A DNA stretch of 64,000 nucleotides from Candidatus Shapirobacteria bacterium (GCA_028704635.1 JAQWFB010000002.1:693-64692), one strand, 5' to 3'; shown: positions 18,772-29,060, numbered from the stretch's first letter. Numbers and translations are program-made. Notes: a model not told the origin generated them from the sequence alone.

Positions 18772-19926
18772 ATGAATGTGATGGCATATTATTTTTGGTT
18801 TCTTTTTGTATTTATATTCTACACAGCTTTTATTTTGGCGATTTATAGTGTAAATTATTTTTTTAAATTATTAAAAATTCAATCCATAATTATAAAATCA
18901 CCTGCAAAATTTTGGTATCGCACTACTGTTATTTTTATTTTTTTAGCCTCTTGTTATTGGTTTCCTTTAGGTCCAACAATTATTTTGGTCATATGGTATC
19001 TCCTTAGAAGAGAATATAAATTTAATAAATTAATTACATCTTTAAATGATCTGAGTAATGAATTAGATAAAAGGTCTAAGTGGTTAGAGAAATTAAAAAA
19101 GAGACTTAAAGTAAATCCTAAACCTGATCTATTAGAAAGGTATAATGGTTGGCCTTTAGGTATTTATAAACTTGGTTTAGATAATAATATTGCGGTATCC
19201 ATTTCTGATTTAGATGGTGAGCTTGTAGATTTTGGGCTTGATAGAATAGAAAAGAAAATTTCTTTCTTAAAAAAAGAGATAATTCCCTTTAAAAATAGAG
19301 AGGATGTCAAAAAAATGATCGGGGCTCTTGAAGAAGATATAAACGAAATAAAAAACAAATCACCTGTTGCCAATAATTTTTATTTTAGTATAAACGAAGC
19401 AAAAAAAACAATAGATCGTATTATTTCCACAACAGGAGAAATAAATGAATACATGATAAAAAAGGAAGAATTTTATGCAAGAAAAGAAGCTGAAACAAGA
19501 AGGAAAGAAAACACTTTTCTTTTGGCTAATGCTTATAAACAAAGACTAACTTCTAATTTTAAACAGAATTTATCAACAGTTGATAAATTAACAGAATTAA
19601 CACCTATTGAATTTGAAAAATGGGTTAAAAAAAATATATTTGAAACAAATGGATGGAATGTTGAAGAAACTCGAAAAACTGGAGATGGTGGAATAGATTT
19701 AGTTCTCAAAAAAGATGATGAATATTCAATTGTTCAATGTAAAAGGTTTAAAAAAACTGTTGGTGAACCAGCATTAAGAGATTTTTATGGAACGATGGTT
19801 AGCGAAGGTGTTAGTAGAGGTTATTTTGTTACTACGGGATTATTTTCTCTTTCGGCATTAAAATTTGCCGAAGATAAACCTATAGAATTAATAGATAGGA
19901 GAATTTTGGCTCAAAAATATTTATAA
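18772..19926 (+). CDS. membrane-anchored Mrr-family restriction endonuclease domain protein
   Basis: C-terminal EFE...GDGGIDL...VQCKRF...VTTG motifs; N-terminal TM helices and coiled coil. Confidence 0.85.
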   Translation: MNVMAYYFWFLFVFIFYTAFILAIYSVNYFFKLLKIQSIIIKSPAKFWYRTTVIFIFLASCYWFPLGPTIILVIWYLLRREYKFNKLITSLNDLSNELDKRSKWLEKLKKRLKVNPKPDLLERYNGWPLGIYKLGLDNNIAVSISDLDGELVDFGLDRIEKKISFLKKEIIPFKNREDVKKMIGALEEDINEIKNKSPVANNFYFSINEAKKTIDRIISTTGEINEYMIKKEEFYARKEAETRRKENTFLLANAYKQRLTSNFKQNLSTVDKLTELTPIEFEKWVKKNIFETNGWNVEETRKTGDGGIDLVLKKDDEYSIVQCKRFKKTVGEPALRDFYGTMVSEGVSRGYFVTTGLFSLSALKFAEDKPIELIDRRILAQKYL

Positions 19927-20022
19927 CTACAAGTATTTATACTTTAATGATTAATTGCATTAAAACAGATTTTATATTTTATATATATTATTTAATTTTA
20001 AAATAAGAGGAAGTGTTTAATT

Positions 20023-20235
20023 ATGGGTACAAGTGATAATTGTAATTTAATTGAAATAAAATTATTTTCTCAAAAGGAAGTTGCAGATTTTTGTGGAGTT
20101 AATTTAAGTGTAATACAAGAAATGGTTAGAAATAAAAAGTTTGAGATGTTGGCAAAAAATGAGAAAGATATTTTAGGTGATAAAGAAGATATAAAAATGG
20201 TTGTTAAAAAATATAATTCTATACACAAAGCCTAA
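20023..20235 (+). CDS. small HTH-like protein
   Basis: LFSQKEVADFCGVNLSVIQ resembles an excisionase/HTH start; GAGGA SD. Confidence 0.5.
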   Translation: MGTSDNCNLIEIKLFSQKEVADFCGVNLSVIQEMVRNKKFEMLAKNEKDILGDKEDIKMVVKKYNSIHKA

Positions 20236-20396
20236 CAAATAGTATTATTTAACTTGTTTAATCTTTATTACCTTGGTAATAATTAATACTGGAATTGTAT
20301 AAAGAGTAAAAACACTTATCAATTTTGATATTTCATTATTAATGAATTTACCCACTGACAAAAAACTTCATTTAATAAATAAGTTATAATTTCCCC

Positions 20397-21539
20397 ATGG
20401 ACTATTCTCAAGCTTCACTCGAAAAACACAAACTTACCAAAGGTAAAATTGCCATCGCCAGCAAATTTGGCGAGGTCAAAACTAAAGATGATTTAAGCAT
20501 CGCCTACACTCCTGGCGTCGCCGCCGTTTCCACTCTTTTGGCCCAACATCCAGAATTAGCCTCCGAATATTCCATTAAATCCAACACTGTCGCTGTCGTT
20601 TCGGATGGCTCGGCTGTTCTCGGCCTTGGCAATATCGGCCCTTTTGGTGCCCTACCAGTTATGGAAGGCAAAGCTTTACTTTTCAAAGAATTTGCCAATG
20701 TCGATGCTTTTCCCATTGTTTTAGAAACCCAAGACCCTGATGAAATTATCAACATCGTCAAAAATATCGCTCCCGGTTTTGGTGGTATTAATTTAGAAGA
20801 TTTTGCCGCCCCTAAGTGTTTCTACATTGAAAATAAATTAAAAGAAATTTTAAATATCCCTGTCATGCACGATGATCAACATGGCACTGCCATTGTTGTT
20901 TTAGCCGCTCTAATTAACGCTCTAAAATTGACCAACCAAACCAAAGACGATACTAAAATTGTCATTTGTGGCGCTGGTGCTGCTGGCACCGCTATTGCTA
21001 AACTATTAAGTCTTTATGGTTTTAAAGATTTAATAATTGTCGATTCTAAGGGAATAATTAGCAAAGACCGTCTCGATTTGAATGACGCCAAAAAAGAATT
21101 TTTAACTTTCACTAATCCTCAGAATTTAAATGGTGATTTAAGCCAAGCCATGATCGGCCGACATGTTTTCATTGGTGTCAGCGGACCAAATATTGCCACC
21201 GGCGACATGGTAAAAACCATGGGTGAAAAACCAATTATTTTTACCATGGCCAATCCTGTCCCAGAAATAGATCCTACTGCTGCCAAAGAAGCTGGTGCTT
21301 TTATTATTGGTACCGGTCGCAGTGATCAACCAAATCAAATCAATAATGTCCTCGCCTTTCCTGGTGTTTTCAGAGGTGCTTTAGATAATAAAGTCAGCAA
21401 AATAACCGATCAAATGAAACTAGCTGCCGCTCAGGCCTTAGCCGATTATGTTAAAGAAACTGAATTAACCGTTGATTTTATTTTGCCCAGCCCTCTCAAT
21501 AAAGGCGTCGTCAATGTTATCGCCTCAGCCATTAAATAA
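20397..21539 (+). CDS. NAD(P)-dependent malic enzyme
   Basis: YTPGVA, DGSAVLGLG, INLED, HDDQHGTA, GAGAAG, NQINNVLAFPG. Confidence 0.95.
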   Translation: MDYSQASLEKHKLTKGKIAIASKFGEVKTKDDLSIAYTPGVAAVSTLLAQHPELASEYSIKSNTVAVVSDGSAVLGLGNIGPFGALPVMEGKALLFKEFANVDAFPIVLETQDPDEIINIVKNIAPGFGGINLEDFAAPKCFYIENKLKEILNIPVMHDDQHGTAIVVLAALINALKLTNQTKDDTKIVICGAGAAGTAIAKLLSLYGFKDLIIVDSKGIISKDRLDLNDAKKEFLTFTNPQNLNGDLSQAMIGRHVFIGVSGPNIATGDMVKTMGEKPIIFTMANPVPEIDPTAAKEAGAFIIGTGRSDQPNQINNVLAFPGVFRGALDNKVSKITDQMKLAAAQALADYVKETELTVDFILPSPLNKGVVNVIASAIK

Positions 21540-22049
21540 TGGTTCTCTTGTTTCTTTAATAAATTTCCATTCTTGATTCGAAAATCTTAACCCTAAAATA
21601 TTAGCCAATTGTTGATATCTACCCAAAGCCGCATCGGTACCAGAATCATATAAACCAACAATTTTTTCAAAATGAGGCATTGAGATTCTTTCAAATTCTG
21701 ATTGTGGATCAAAAACTATCTTCTTCACTTGATCACCAAATAATCTAACCCACAAAAAACCAGTCGAAACCTGATAACTAACCGAACTTTTAGAACCCTG
21801 AAGTTGAACTATACTTAACTCTTCCGTTACAGTTTCCATACTTAAAACAGCACCTTCTTTTCCTTTATATCTCAAAAGCAAACTCGAATCACCATTAGTT
21901 GGTGTTTTAAGAATTTCTCTTTCATTTCCACAAAAAACAACCAAATCAATTCTTTTTGGATCCAATATTAATTTATTATTAGGTCGCAAAAATTTTTCAT
22001 AATAATCAGGTGGCAAATTTGTATTTACAATTTCTTTTATTGATTCCAT
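21525..22049 (-). CDS. hypothetical protein
   Basis: 174-aa ORF, no motif recognised. Confidence 0.6.
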   Translation of the reverse strand: MESIKEIVNTNLPPDYYEKFLRPNNKLILDPKRIDLVVFCGNEREILKTPTNGDSSLLLRYKGKEGAVLSMETVTEELSIVQLQGSKSSVSYQVSTGFLWVRLFGDQVKKIVFDPQSEFERISMPHFEKIVGLYDSGTDAALGRYQQLANILGLRFSNQEWKFIKETREPLFNG

Positions 22050-22155
22050 AAAAAATAATTTTAATCAAACGATTTTATCATAAGGTAATATTTTTAAATC
22101 TGCCCCTTTAGTTTTATGTGTTAGAATATTATTCTTAAACAACCCCTTTTTAATT

Positions 22156-22761
22156 ATGCCAAAAGAAAATTTCATCAAAAAAATATTTAAAAGAATCCAG
22201 AAATGGTACGTCACTCTTCCTGATAAAAAAAGATATTTTGAATTACTCACTGCCGTCCTTTCTATTCCCATGATTCTGACCGTTATTTTGGTCAATATGA
22301 ACACAATCAACAAAAATAAAGAATCGTCAATTCCAACTCCTACTCCAGCTCCTATTCAAATAGTAGTTGAAAATCCTGCCTCTGGTTCTGGTAACATAAA
22401 TCCACCCAAAATAAATATTACACCAACCCCCACTCCTACTAAAATTGAATGTAAAAAAGATATTGGCGAAATTGAAATTTTATCACCTCAAGAAGGTGAA
22501 ATTATCACCTCTGATAATGTTTGTATCAATATTTCTACTGATAGCAAATATTGCCCTGTTACTTGGTCTTACAAACTAGATAATGGTAATTGGTCTGATT
22601 ACAACAATAATGATATTTGTCTTTACAATTTAACCGCTGGCAAAAAAGACCTTCAAATTAAAATTAAAAGTACAGTTGTCGATAAAACCATAACCCTCGA
22701 ACGAAATTTCACCTACCAAAATTCCACCACCACTCCCACCACCACTCCCACCAATAACTAA
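22156..22761 (+). CDS. membrane-anchored protein with PT-rich linkers and beta-rich domain
   Basis: one TM, PTPTP linkers, EILSPQEGE Ig-like start. Confidence 0.7.
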   Translation: MPKENFIKKIFKRIQKWYVTLPDKKRYFELLTAVLSIPMILTVILVNMNTINKNKESSIPTPTPAPIQIVVENPASGSGNINPPKINITPTPTPTKIECKKDIGEIEILSPQEGEIITSDNVCINISTDSKYCPVTWSYKLDNGNWSDYNNNDICLYNLTAGKKDLQIKIKSTVVDKTITLERNFTYQNSTTTPTTTPTNN

Positions 22762-22778
22762 TTTGCTAAACTTGATCA

Positions 22779-23138
22779 GTGTTTAAAACTAAACGAAAAA
22801 TTTTAATTGTTTTTATAATTCTCTTAATAATTTTAATTGCCTCTATTTTTTGTTTCATTTTTTTGAAAAAAGATAAAACAAATTCAGTTAGTGCCGATTC
22901 CACCACTACTATAATTACCCCTTCACCCATAACCGAAATAACTTGGCAAGAAGCCGTCAATCTAATTCAAAATTGTCAAATTAAAACAGTTTTTCAAAAA
23001 AATAATTTAGAAGTCACCCTAACCGATAAAAATCAACAAGTTTTTAAAACCATCGAACCCAAAAAAGACGACGTTTTTATTCAAACCAACCATCTTCGTT
23101 CCGATTGCAACGATATCATTCAAACCATCACTGAATAA
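22779..23138 (+). CDS. membrane-anchored hypothetical protein
   Basis: N-terminal TM, Thr-rich linker, ends ITE. Confidence 0.65.
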   Translation: MFKTKRKILIVFIILLIILIASIFCFIFLKKDKTNSVSADSTTTIITPSPITEITWQEAVNLIQNCQIKTVFQKNNLEVTLTDKNQQVFKTIEPKKDDVFIQTNHLRSDCNDIIQTITE

Positions 23139-23230
23139 AACCTTTCAGGTCTATTTAAGAAAATGATAAAATAATAATAGATAACGATGAACATGCTAGT
23201 TTTAAGTTATAAGTTAAATAGGAGATCTAA

Positions 23231-23536
23231 ATGAATATTCAGATCAAAGGTGTTAACTTAATTATTTCCCTAAAGATCCGCAAGATGATCAACGACAAAT
23301 TTGTCGACAAGCTTGATAAGCTTCTTCCCCAATTTAACAACGAGCTAAAAACCGCCTTTCTTCGCATTGAAAAAGATAAAAGATACAAAGATTACACTGT
23401 CCAGTTCGACATGACTCTTCCCGGCCAAAAAAATAGTTTTCATGCTGAAACTAAACATCATGAACTAGAGGCTGCCACAGTTGATTTACGTGAAGCCATT
23501 GAAAAACAAATTAAAAAATATAAACACGCCGATTAA
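23231..23536 (+). CDS. hpf: ribosome hibernation factor HPF/RaiA (short)
   Basis: MNIQIKGVNL, AET..ELEAA.D...IEKQIKKYK; GGAG SD. Confidence 0.8.
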   Translation: MNIQIKGVNLIISLKIRKMINDKFVDKLDKLLPQFNNELKTAFLRIEKDKRYKDYTVQFDMTLPGQKNSFHAETKHHELEAATVDLREAIEKQIKKYKHAD

Positions 23537-23550
23537 ATCCACACCTTATA

Positions 23551-23579
23551 CTTGATAAACTTGATAAACTTGATAAACT
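23551..23579 (+). repeat. tandem 9-mer (CTTGATAAA)x3
   Basis: cttgataaacttgataaacttgataaact. Confidence 0.75.
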
Positions 23580-23586
23580 ATCTGTC

Positions 23587-23772
23587 ATGTCTGCAACAAA
23601 ATCTAAAAAAACACCACGAATTTTAATCGCCCTCGTCTGTTCAGTCTGTGGCGCTCAAAATTATTTAACTGAAAAAAATAAAACCAATACTCCTGATAAA
23701 CTAAAATTTACCAAATACTGTCGTTGGTGTAGAAAGAAAACTGAACACAAAGAATCAGCAAAATTAAAATAA
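23587..23772 (+). CDS. rpmG: 50S ribosomal protein L33 (Zn-binding)
   Basis: LVCSVC..NYLTEKNK..LKFTKYCRWCRKKTEHKE. Confidence 0.95.
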   Translation: MSATKSKKTPRILIALVCSVCGAQNYLTEKNKTNTPDKLKFTKYCRWCRKKTEHKESAKLK

Positions 23773-23783
23773 AATATAAATTT

Positions 23784-23808
23784 GTAGGGGCGGACCATGT
23801 GTCCGCCC
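23784..23808. repeat. GTAG-family REP, probably also rpmG terminator
   Basis: gtaggggcggaccatgtgtccgccc followed by T run. Confidence 0.7.
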
Positions 23809-23818
23809 TTTTTTGTAT

Positions 23819-24736
23819 ATGAAACAACAGATTCAGTCAGCCCTAGAAAACATCTACATTTCTCCCTTGGAATTATGTAATTTGAATTGTCGCGCCTGCT
23901 ACACCAATAAAACTAAAAATATTCTTTCTAATCAACAAATTCTCGACTTCGTCGAAAAATATAATAGATTTTTAAAAAAAGATTTCAAAGATACAATTTT
24001 TTATGATATCGAACGTGGTGACACATTCGCCGAGCATAAAAAATTTGTATCGAGAAATCTAAAATTAAAATCTATTCTTTTTTGTGGTGGCGAAGTCTTC
24101 ACTCTCCCTGATTTCCCCGATTTAATCAACACTTTGATCCAAAAAGACATATTTATCACCATTATTACTAACGGCACCATCGACTGTATCAATAAAATCA
24201 ATGATCCAAAAAATTGTCAGCTCTTAGTTTCACTCGACGGTCCCAAAGAAATTCACGACCGAAATCGTGGTCCTGGTAATTTTGATAAAACAATAAAATT
24301 TATTCAACACGCCCAACAACTTGGTTTCCCAATCGAAATTATGTTTCTCATTACCAAAGATTCCTATCCTTACAAAGGTTTTTTTAATGTTTTTGGTCTG
24401 CCAAAAACCTATTTAACTGATCGAAAAATGTCATTGTCAAAAAATCAACTTTTAGATATCAAAAAAAATTATCAAACCTTCCCAAATAAAAATTTTGGCT
24501 GCTCTCAACTCTCGCTTCAATCCTCCGGCATCATCACCGGCTGTTGTGAATCTTCCCTACGATTAGGCACAATTAATGATGATCCTGCAACTTATGTCGC
24601 CAATTTTATAAAATCTTTGTCCAAATGTTCCATTTGTCAAAAATGTAACGGTTGTTGCGACCCCAATTATCTTTGTGGTTACAAAACCGAATTAAATCTC
24701 AAAAATTGCCAAGATGTTGTACAATCATTCAAATGA
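23819..24736 (+). CDS. radical SAM protein with Cys-rich (SPASM/twitch-like) C-terminus
   Basis: CNLNCRACY, GGE, TNG, SLDG..HD..RG, multiple C-terminal Cys. Confidence 0.88.
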   Translation: MKQQIQSALENIYISPLELCNLNCRACYTNKTKNILSNQQILDFVEKYNRFLKKDFKDTIFYDIERGDTFAEHKKFVSRNLKLKSILFCGGEVFTLPDFPDLINTLIQKDIFITIITNGTIDCINKINDPKNCQLLVSLDGPKEIHDRNRGPGNFDKTIKFIQHAQQLGFPIEIMFLITKDSYPYKGFFNVFGLPKTYLTDRKMSLSKNQLLDIKKNYQTFPNKNFGCSQLSLQSSGIITGCCESSLRLGTINDDPATYVANFIKSLSKCSICQKCNGCCDPNYLCGYKTELNLKNCQDVVQSFK

Positions 24737-25743
24737 ATTTTCAAACCCAATTTATTAAAGAATGGACAGTTCAAGCTTTGCGAAATTATTTTATTGATAA
24801 TAATTTTCATGAGGTCGAAACTCCAACTCTTCTTGCCAAAATCCCCATCGAACCAAATCTCTACGCTTTAAAAACTCATTGGTCCCAAAAAGATTTTGAT
24901 TTTTATTTACCCACCTCACCCGAGTCTTCACTCAAAAAATTAATTTCTCAAGGCATTGGTAATTGTTTTGCCATCAGTAAAGTTTTTCGAGATTTAGAAG
25001 ATATCGGCCCCACTCACAACCTCGAATTTGCCATGTTGGAATGGTATGAAATGGACAAAAATTATCGCAACATCGCCGAAACCACCCAAAAATTAGTCTT
25101 AGAAATTTACCACAGTATCCTTAAAAAACAAAACAAAAGCATTACTAATTTACTCACCTACCAAAATCAAACCATCAACCTTTCCACTCCTTGGTATTTT
25201 TTCACTCTTCAAGAATTATTTCAAAAATTTGCCAACATCGATTTGTCCAAAAATTTAACGACCAACGAAATTATTGCCACCGCCAAATCAAAAGGTTACA
25301 ACACTGATGGTATTACCACCTGGGAACCGCTCTACACTCAAATTTTTATCAATGAAATTGAATCTAAATTACCTCAAGACAAACCAGTCTTTATTTTAGA
25401 TTATCCCACTCAACTTTCTCCTCTTTGCCTCCCCTGTCCCAATAATCCAGGTTTCAGTCAACGATTTGAATTTTATATCGGTGGCATGGAAATCGGCAAC
25501 GCTTATTCTGAATTAAACGATTCAAAAATTTTAACAGACAATTTTGAAACTGAAACCAAATTTAGACGAGATAATAATTTACCAATTCATCCCTACGATC
25601 AAGAATTTATCGATGCCTGCGGTCAACTTCCTACCTGTGCCGGCATCGGTTTAGGTGTCGATCGTCTGGCTATGCTTTTCGCCGACACTACTCAAATTGA
25701 AGATGTCATTTATTTCCCCACTTCAAAATTTATTGAAAATTAA
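24733..25743 (+). CDS. epmA: EF-P lysine aminoacylase EpmA/GenX (LysRS catalytic-domain paralogue)
   Basis: EVETP, LPTSPE..KKL, HNLEFAMLEWYE, RFEFY, GLGVDRL; no anticodon OB domain; ATGA overlap with radical SAM gene. Confidence 0.85.
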   Translation: MNFQTQFIKEWTVQALRNYFIDNNFHEVETPTLLAKIPIEPNLYALKTHWSQKDFDFYLPTSPESSLKKLISQGIGNCFAISKVFRDLEDIGPTHNLEFAMLEWYEMDKNYRNIAETTQKLVLEIYHSILKKQNKSITNLLTYQNQTINLSTPWYFFTLQELFQKFANIDLSKNLTTNEIIATAKSKGYNTDGITTWEPLYTQIFINEIESKLPQDKPVFILDYPTQLSPLCLPCPNNPGFSQRFEFYIGGMEIGNAYSELNDSKILTDNFETETKFRRDNNLPIHPYDQEFIDACGQLPTCAGIGLGVDRLAMLFADTTQIEDVIYFPTSKFIEN

Positions 25744-25769
25744 TATTTATTCAGTACAATATAACTAAT

Positions 25770-25928
25770 ATGAGTCGATCAACCACCAGAAAAGTAGCCA
25801 CCGACAATCGATCAACCATCGTCAAAGGCTTCGTTAAACCAGAAATACCAAATTTCCCCGGCAATAAATCCACTTCTGGCTTTAAACCAGGAGCTAGATT
25901 TCAAACCATCAACCGCGGCCGTCGTTAA
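25770..25928 (+). CDS. small basic protein (52 aa)
   Basis: MSRSTTRKVATDNRSTIVKGFVKPEIPNFPGNKSTSGFKPGARFQTINRGRR; TACAAT just upstream; host-like codon use. Confidence 0.55.
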   Translation: MSRSTTRKVATDNRSTIVKGFVKPEIPNFPGNKSTSGFKPGARFQTINRGRR

Positions 25929-26269
25929 TCTTTGATTTTTTCTTCAATCAATTTATCAATCCAATACATTTTTTGGACTCCATTTTCCAGTCTAAAATAG
26001 TGGAAAATATAAGGCACTAATAAAATCAATAAAAGAAAATCAATTGTAATTAAAATTACAAACTGATAAACCAAACTGAACATTATCGATACCATAAATA
26101 AAATTCCAAAAGTTAAAGTCACTAATAAATGAATCAACCGTTCATGTTGCATAAATTTTATTGTTTCCCTATGATTTTCCAATACCTCATTCCAATTCTG
26201 ATTCTTCCCGTCCTTTATTTTTCTATTAATTTCCTTTAAATATTGATTCAAAAAATCAATCATAATCAA
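25925..26269 (-). CDS. hypothetical membrane protein
   Basis: FMQHERLIHLLVT, HYFRLENGVQ, two TMs; last gene of operon. Confidence 0.75.
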   Translation of the reverse strand: MIMIDFLNQYLKEINRKIKDGKNQNWNEVLENHRETIKFMQHERLIHLLVTLTFGILFMVSIMFSLVYQFVILITIDFLLLILLVPYIFHYFRLENGVQKMYWIDKLIEEKIKD

Positions 26270-26934
26270 ATTTTACACTCTTTCACTTTTTTGGCTACTA
26301 TCTCCCAATTTTCACACGGAATCACATTAATATCTTTTCTTTCCGTCTCTGTCTGATCATACAAATAAATCACTCCTTTATATTTTTTACCAAAATATTT
26401 CGTTAAACCAGGATTATCATCAACAATTCCCACCACTTGCGGATATAAATACTCCAAAACCTTCGCTTTCCACTTATTGCCCATCTTTCGTTCAATATTT
26501 TTTGGCCTAGTAACAATTTGAGCTTCCGGAAAATCATGTTTTTTCAACCAAAACTTTGTTTCATTAAAAGCCACTGATGATCTAACCGTGATATAAGCCA
26601 CAATTGGAATTATTTTATTTATCTCTTGGATAATTTTATTTGAATTTTCAATCAATGGTAAATCTCGAAAAGAATCAGCCGATTTGTTGAATTCATCGAC
26701 AACTTTTTTAGCTTCATTATTCTGCCAATAAGGAATATTATCTGTATGCCTATACTTTCTCGCAATCTCTTTAACTGTTAAATTTTCAGGATTACCCATT
26801 TTCTCAATTAATTTTTCAATCAAAAAACCAATCGTAAAGGATAAAGTTTCATCAATATCCAACGCCAAACCTTTAACTCCCGACAACTTTAATTTTCTTT
26901 TTAAAGAAATTATTTCTTTATTTTTAATTCTCAT
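26266..26934 (-). CDS. HAD-superfamily hydrolase (5'-nucleotidase-like)
   Basis: LDIDETL motif I, ITVR, IVDDN. Confidence 0.75.
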   Translation of the reverse strand: MRIKNKEIISLKRKLKLSGVKGLALDIDETLSFTIGFLIEKLIEKMGNPENLTVKEIARKYRHTDNIPYWQNNEAKKVVDEFNKSADSFRDLPLIENSNKIIQEINKIIPIVAYITVRSSVAFNETKFWLKKHDFPEAQIVTRPKNIERKMGNKWKAKVLEYLYPQVVGIVDDNPGLTKYFGKKYKGVIYLYDQTETERKDINVIPCENWEIVAKKVKECKI

Positions 26935-26937
26935 TTT

Positions 26938-27435
26938 TTAATCCAAAAAATCTATCTTACCACCCGGCCTATCGACTTTAATCAATTCCACTTCTGCCTC
27001 TTTTAATAAATCTCTTACCCCACCAACATCAGCATAATCCACATAAGTGACCAATCGTTTAATACCTGCATTAATCAACATTTTAGTACAAATAATACAT
27101 GGCGAATGAGTACAATACATTGTCGCTCCTTGTATATCTTGGCCATATTTAGCCGCCTGAATAATAGCATTCTGTTCTCCATGAATCGCCCTACAAATCT
27201 CCACTCTTTCCCCAGAGGGAATTCCTAGTTGGTTTCTTAAGCAACCAAGCTCTAAACAATCTTTAGTTCCAGCCGGCGCCCCATTATAACCAGTGGTCAA
27301 AATTCTTCGATCCTTCACAATTATCGCTCCAACATGGTGTCTTAAACAAGTTGACCTTTCCGACACCAACGCCGCTATTTTAATAAAATATTCATCCCAA
27401 CTTGGTCTTTTATTTTTTATTTCTTTTTTTGTCAT
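26938..27435 (-). CDS. dCMP deaminase (ComEB family)
   Basis: [28 protein letters not shown]. Confidence 0.92.
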   Translation of the reverse strand: MTKKEIKNKRPSWDEYFIKIAALVSERSTCLRHHVGAIIVKDRRILTTGYNGAPAGTKDCLELGCLRNQLGIPSGERVEICRAIHGEQNAIIQAAKYGQDIQGATMYCTHSPCIICTKMLINAGIKRLVTYVDYADVGGVRDLLKEAEVELIKVDRPGGKIDFLD

Positions 27436-27437
27436 TT

Positions 27438-27995
27438 TTAAATTTGAATAATTTTTAAAATTTCTTCTAATTTAGAATTTAACTCTTCAACTGTTCCAAT
27501 ATTTTCAATCTTAAAATCAGCCATTTCAATACATTTACTTAAATTCTGTTTATTTGGATCATCAGAAACCATTTCTCTTTCTTCATCGGCCAAAAATTTT
27601 TCAAAACCAATATTATCAGTAGCACTCGATCTTCCTAAAATTCTCTGATATCTAACCTTTGGGTCAGCATCAATTGCCAATAAGCTAAAATTTCCTTTTT
27701 TTCTTAAAGATTCTATTTCCCCCATTGTTCTTAAACTTTCAAGTACACAATTTTCTCCCGATTCTAAGGCTCTTTTAAACAACTCATCTGCCACAAAACT
27801 TGGACTATTTTTTTCTCGCAATTCATTTGCCACTGCCACCATATTATCTCGGTTATTTTCTAAACCTCTTCTTTCAATTTCCTCCATCAAAAAAGCTCTT
27901 GCCGAAAAATGTTTAAAATTTTTTCTGTCCACCAAATATTCCACCACAGTACCTTTACCTGCTCCAATTGTTCCCGTAATTCCAATTATCACCAT
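27438..27995 (-). CDS. P-loop nucleotide kinase (dephospho-CoA/NMP kinase-like)
   Basis: [19 protein letters not shown]. Confidence 0.75.
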   Translation of the reverse strand: MVIIGITGTIGAGKGTVVEYLVDRKNFKHFSARAFLMEEIERRGLENNRDNMVAVANELREKNSPSFVADELFKRALESGENCVLESLRTMGEIESLRKKGNFSLLAIDADPKVRYQRILGRSSATDNIGFEKFLADEEREMVSDDPNKQNLSKCIEMADFKIENIGTVEELNSKLEEILKIIQI

Positions 27996-28033
27996 TTACC
28001 AATTTATCATTAAATTAATATCAAAACAATTAA

Positions 28034-28336
28034 TTACTTCTTACTAAGTTGTCTTAGTAAATTTTCCGCTTCCACTGTTCCCCTATTCCCTTCTTTTATA
28101 CCTTTTTCCTCAAAAAGTTCATCTGGAATTAAAAGCACCTCTCTAGGATCAATTCCAAATCTATCTCCTATTGGAATAATTCCCATTTTATCTAAAACTT
28201 CAAGATTTGGTGAATTACAAGTGTAATGAATCACCACCTTTTTATCAGTTTCCGAAGTACCTTCCGGCCGCCCATTAGAACCTATTCTAAAACCCGTTTC
28301 TCTCTGAATTGATTCATTTCCTCTTTCACCACTCAT
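28034..28336 (-). CDS. hypothetical protein
   Basis: ORF from ATG MSGERG, TAGAAT just upstream. Confidence 0.55.
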   Translation of the reverse strand: MSGERGNESIQRETGFRIGSNGRPEGTSETDKKVVIHYTCNSPNLEVLDKMGIIPIGDRFGIDPREVLLIPDELFEEKGIKEGNRGTVEAENLLRQLSKK

Positions 28337-28395
28337 TAATATAAATTCTAGCAACCAAAATTAAAAATAACAATTTATGTTAAAATATCCCTCAA

Positions 28396-29046
28396 ATGCC
28401 AAGAAATTCAGAAACAATTCCTTTCACTCCTAAAGAAATAATAATTGAAAAAAAGCCAACTTTCTCATTAGATCTCGCTGTTCAGCACTGGTCCTGTTGT
28501 TGGGGAGGAAGAGTCAATTTTTCCAAACAACATACCGAAACACCTCAAGAAATCATTGAACATTTTAATAAAAAAAATCCTTGGATTGGTGAATTTCTCA
28601 AAAACAATAAACCTGATCAACCAATTGCCATTTCCACTGTAAATGAATCTCCAAATGGGTGGCACAGAAATTTAATTGGAGATTTCTTTATTGATCTTAC
28701 ATGCATACAAGACCAATCTACTCTTCATTCTAATCTAAGTACTTTTGTTTCATTAGACGGTATTCAAGTTTTACCCATTAAGTCTGAAAAACGAGAAAGA
28801 GTCACAATTCAAGATGATTTGTTTACTCATAAAATTTCTCAAAAACCAAATTCAACTTTAAGATTTGCCTATTATCAAAACAAAGCAGGCTTCATTGACA
28901 ATATTAGTTTTCAAGAAAATGGAGGTTTAATTGCTGCTCATCTCTATTTAACCGATCCAAACGTTATTGATTTTGATCTAAAAACAGCTGTTCCGATTCA
29001 CACTGAAATAATCAACTACCAAAATCTTCATCTACCCGAGTATTAA
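28396..29046 (+). CDS. hypothetical protein
   Basis: 216-aa ORF, TGTTAAAAT upstream. Confidence 0.6.
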   Translation: MPRNSETIPFTPKEIIIEKKPTFSLDLAVQHWSCCWGGRVNFSKQHTETPQEIIEHFNKKNPWIGEFLKNNKPDQPIAISTVNESPNGWHRNLIGDFFIDLTCIQDQSTLHSNLSTFVSLDGIQVLPIKSEKRERVTIQDDLFTHKISQKPNSTLRFAYYQNKAGFIDNISFQENGGLIAAHLYLTDPNVIDFDLKTAVPIHTEIINYQNLHLPEY

Positions 29047-29060
29047 TATTAAAATTTGTG

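Noticed and set aside
24652-25743. Lysyl-tRNA synthetase (lysS)
   Set aside because: No N-terminal anticodon-binding domain; the motifs and length fit EpmA; the real start is ATG 24733.
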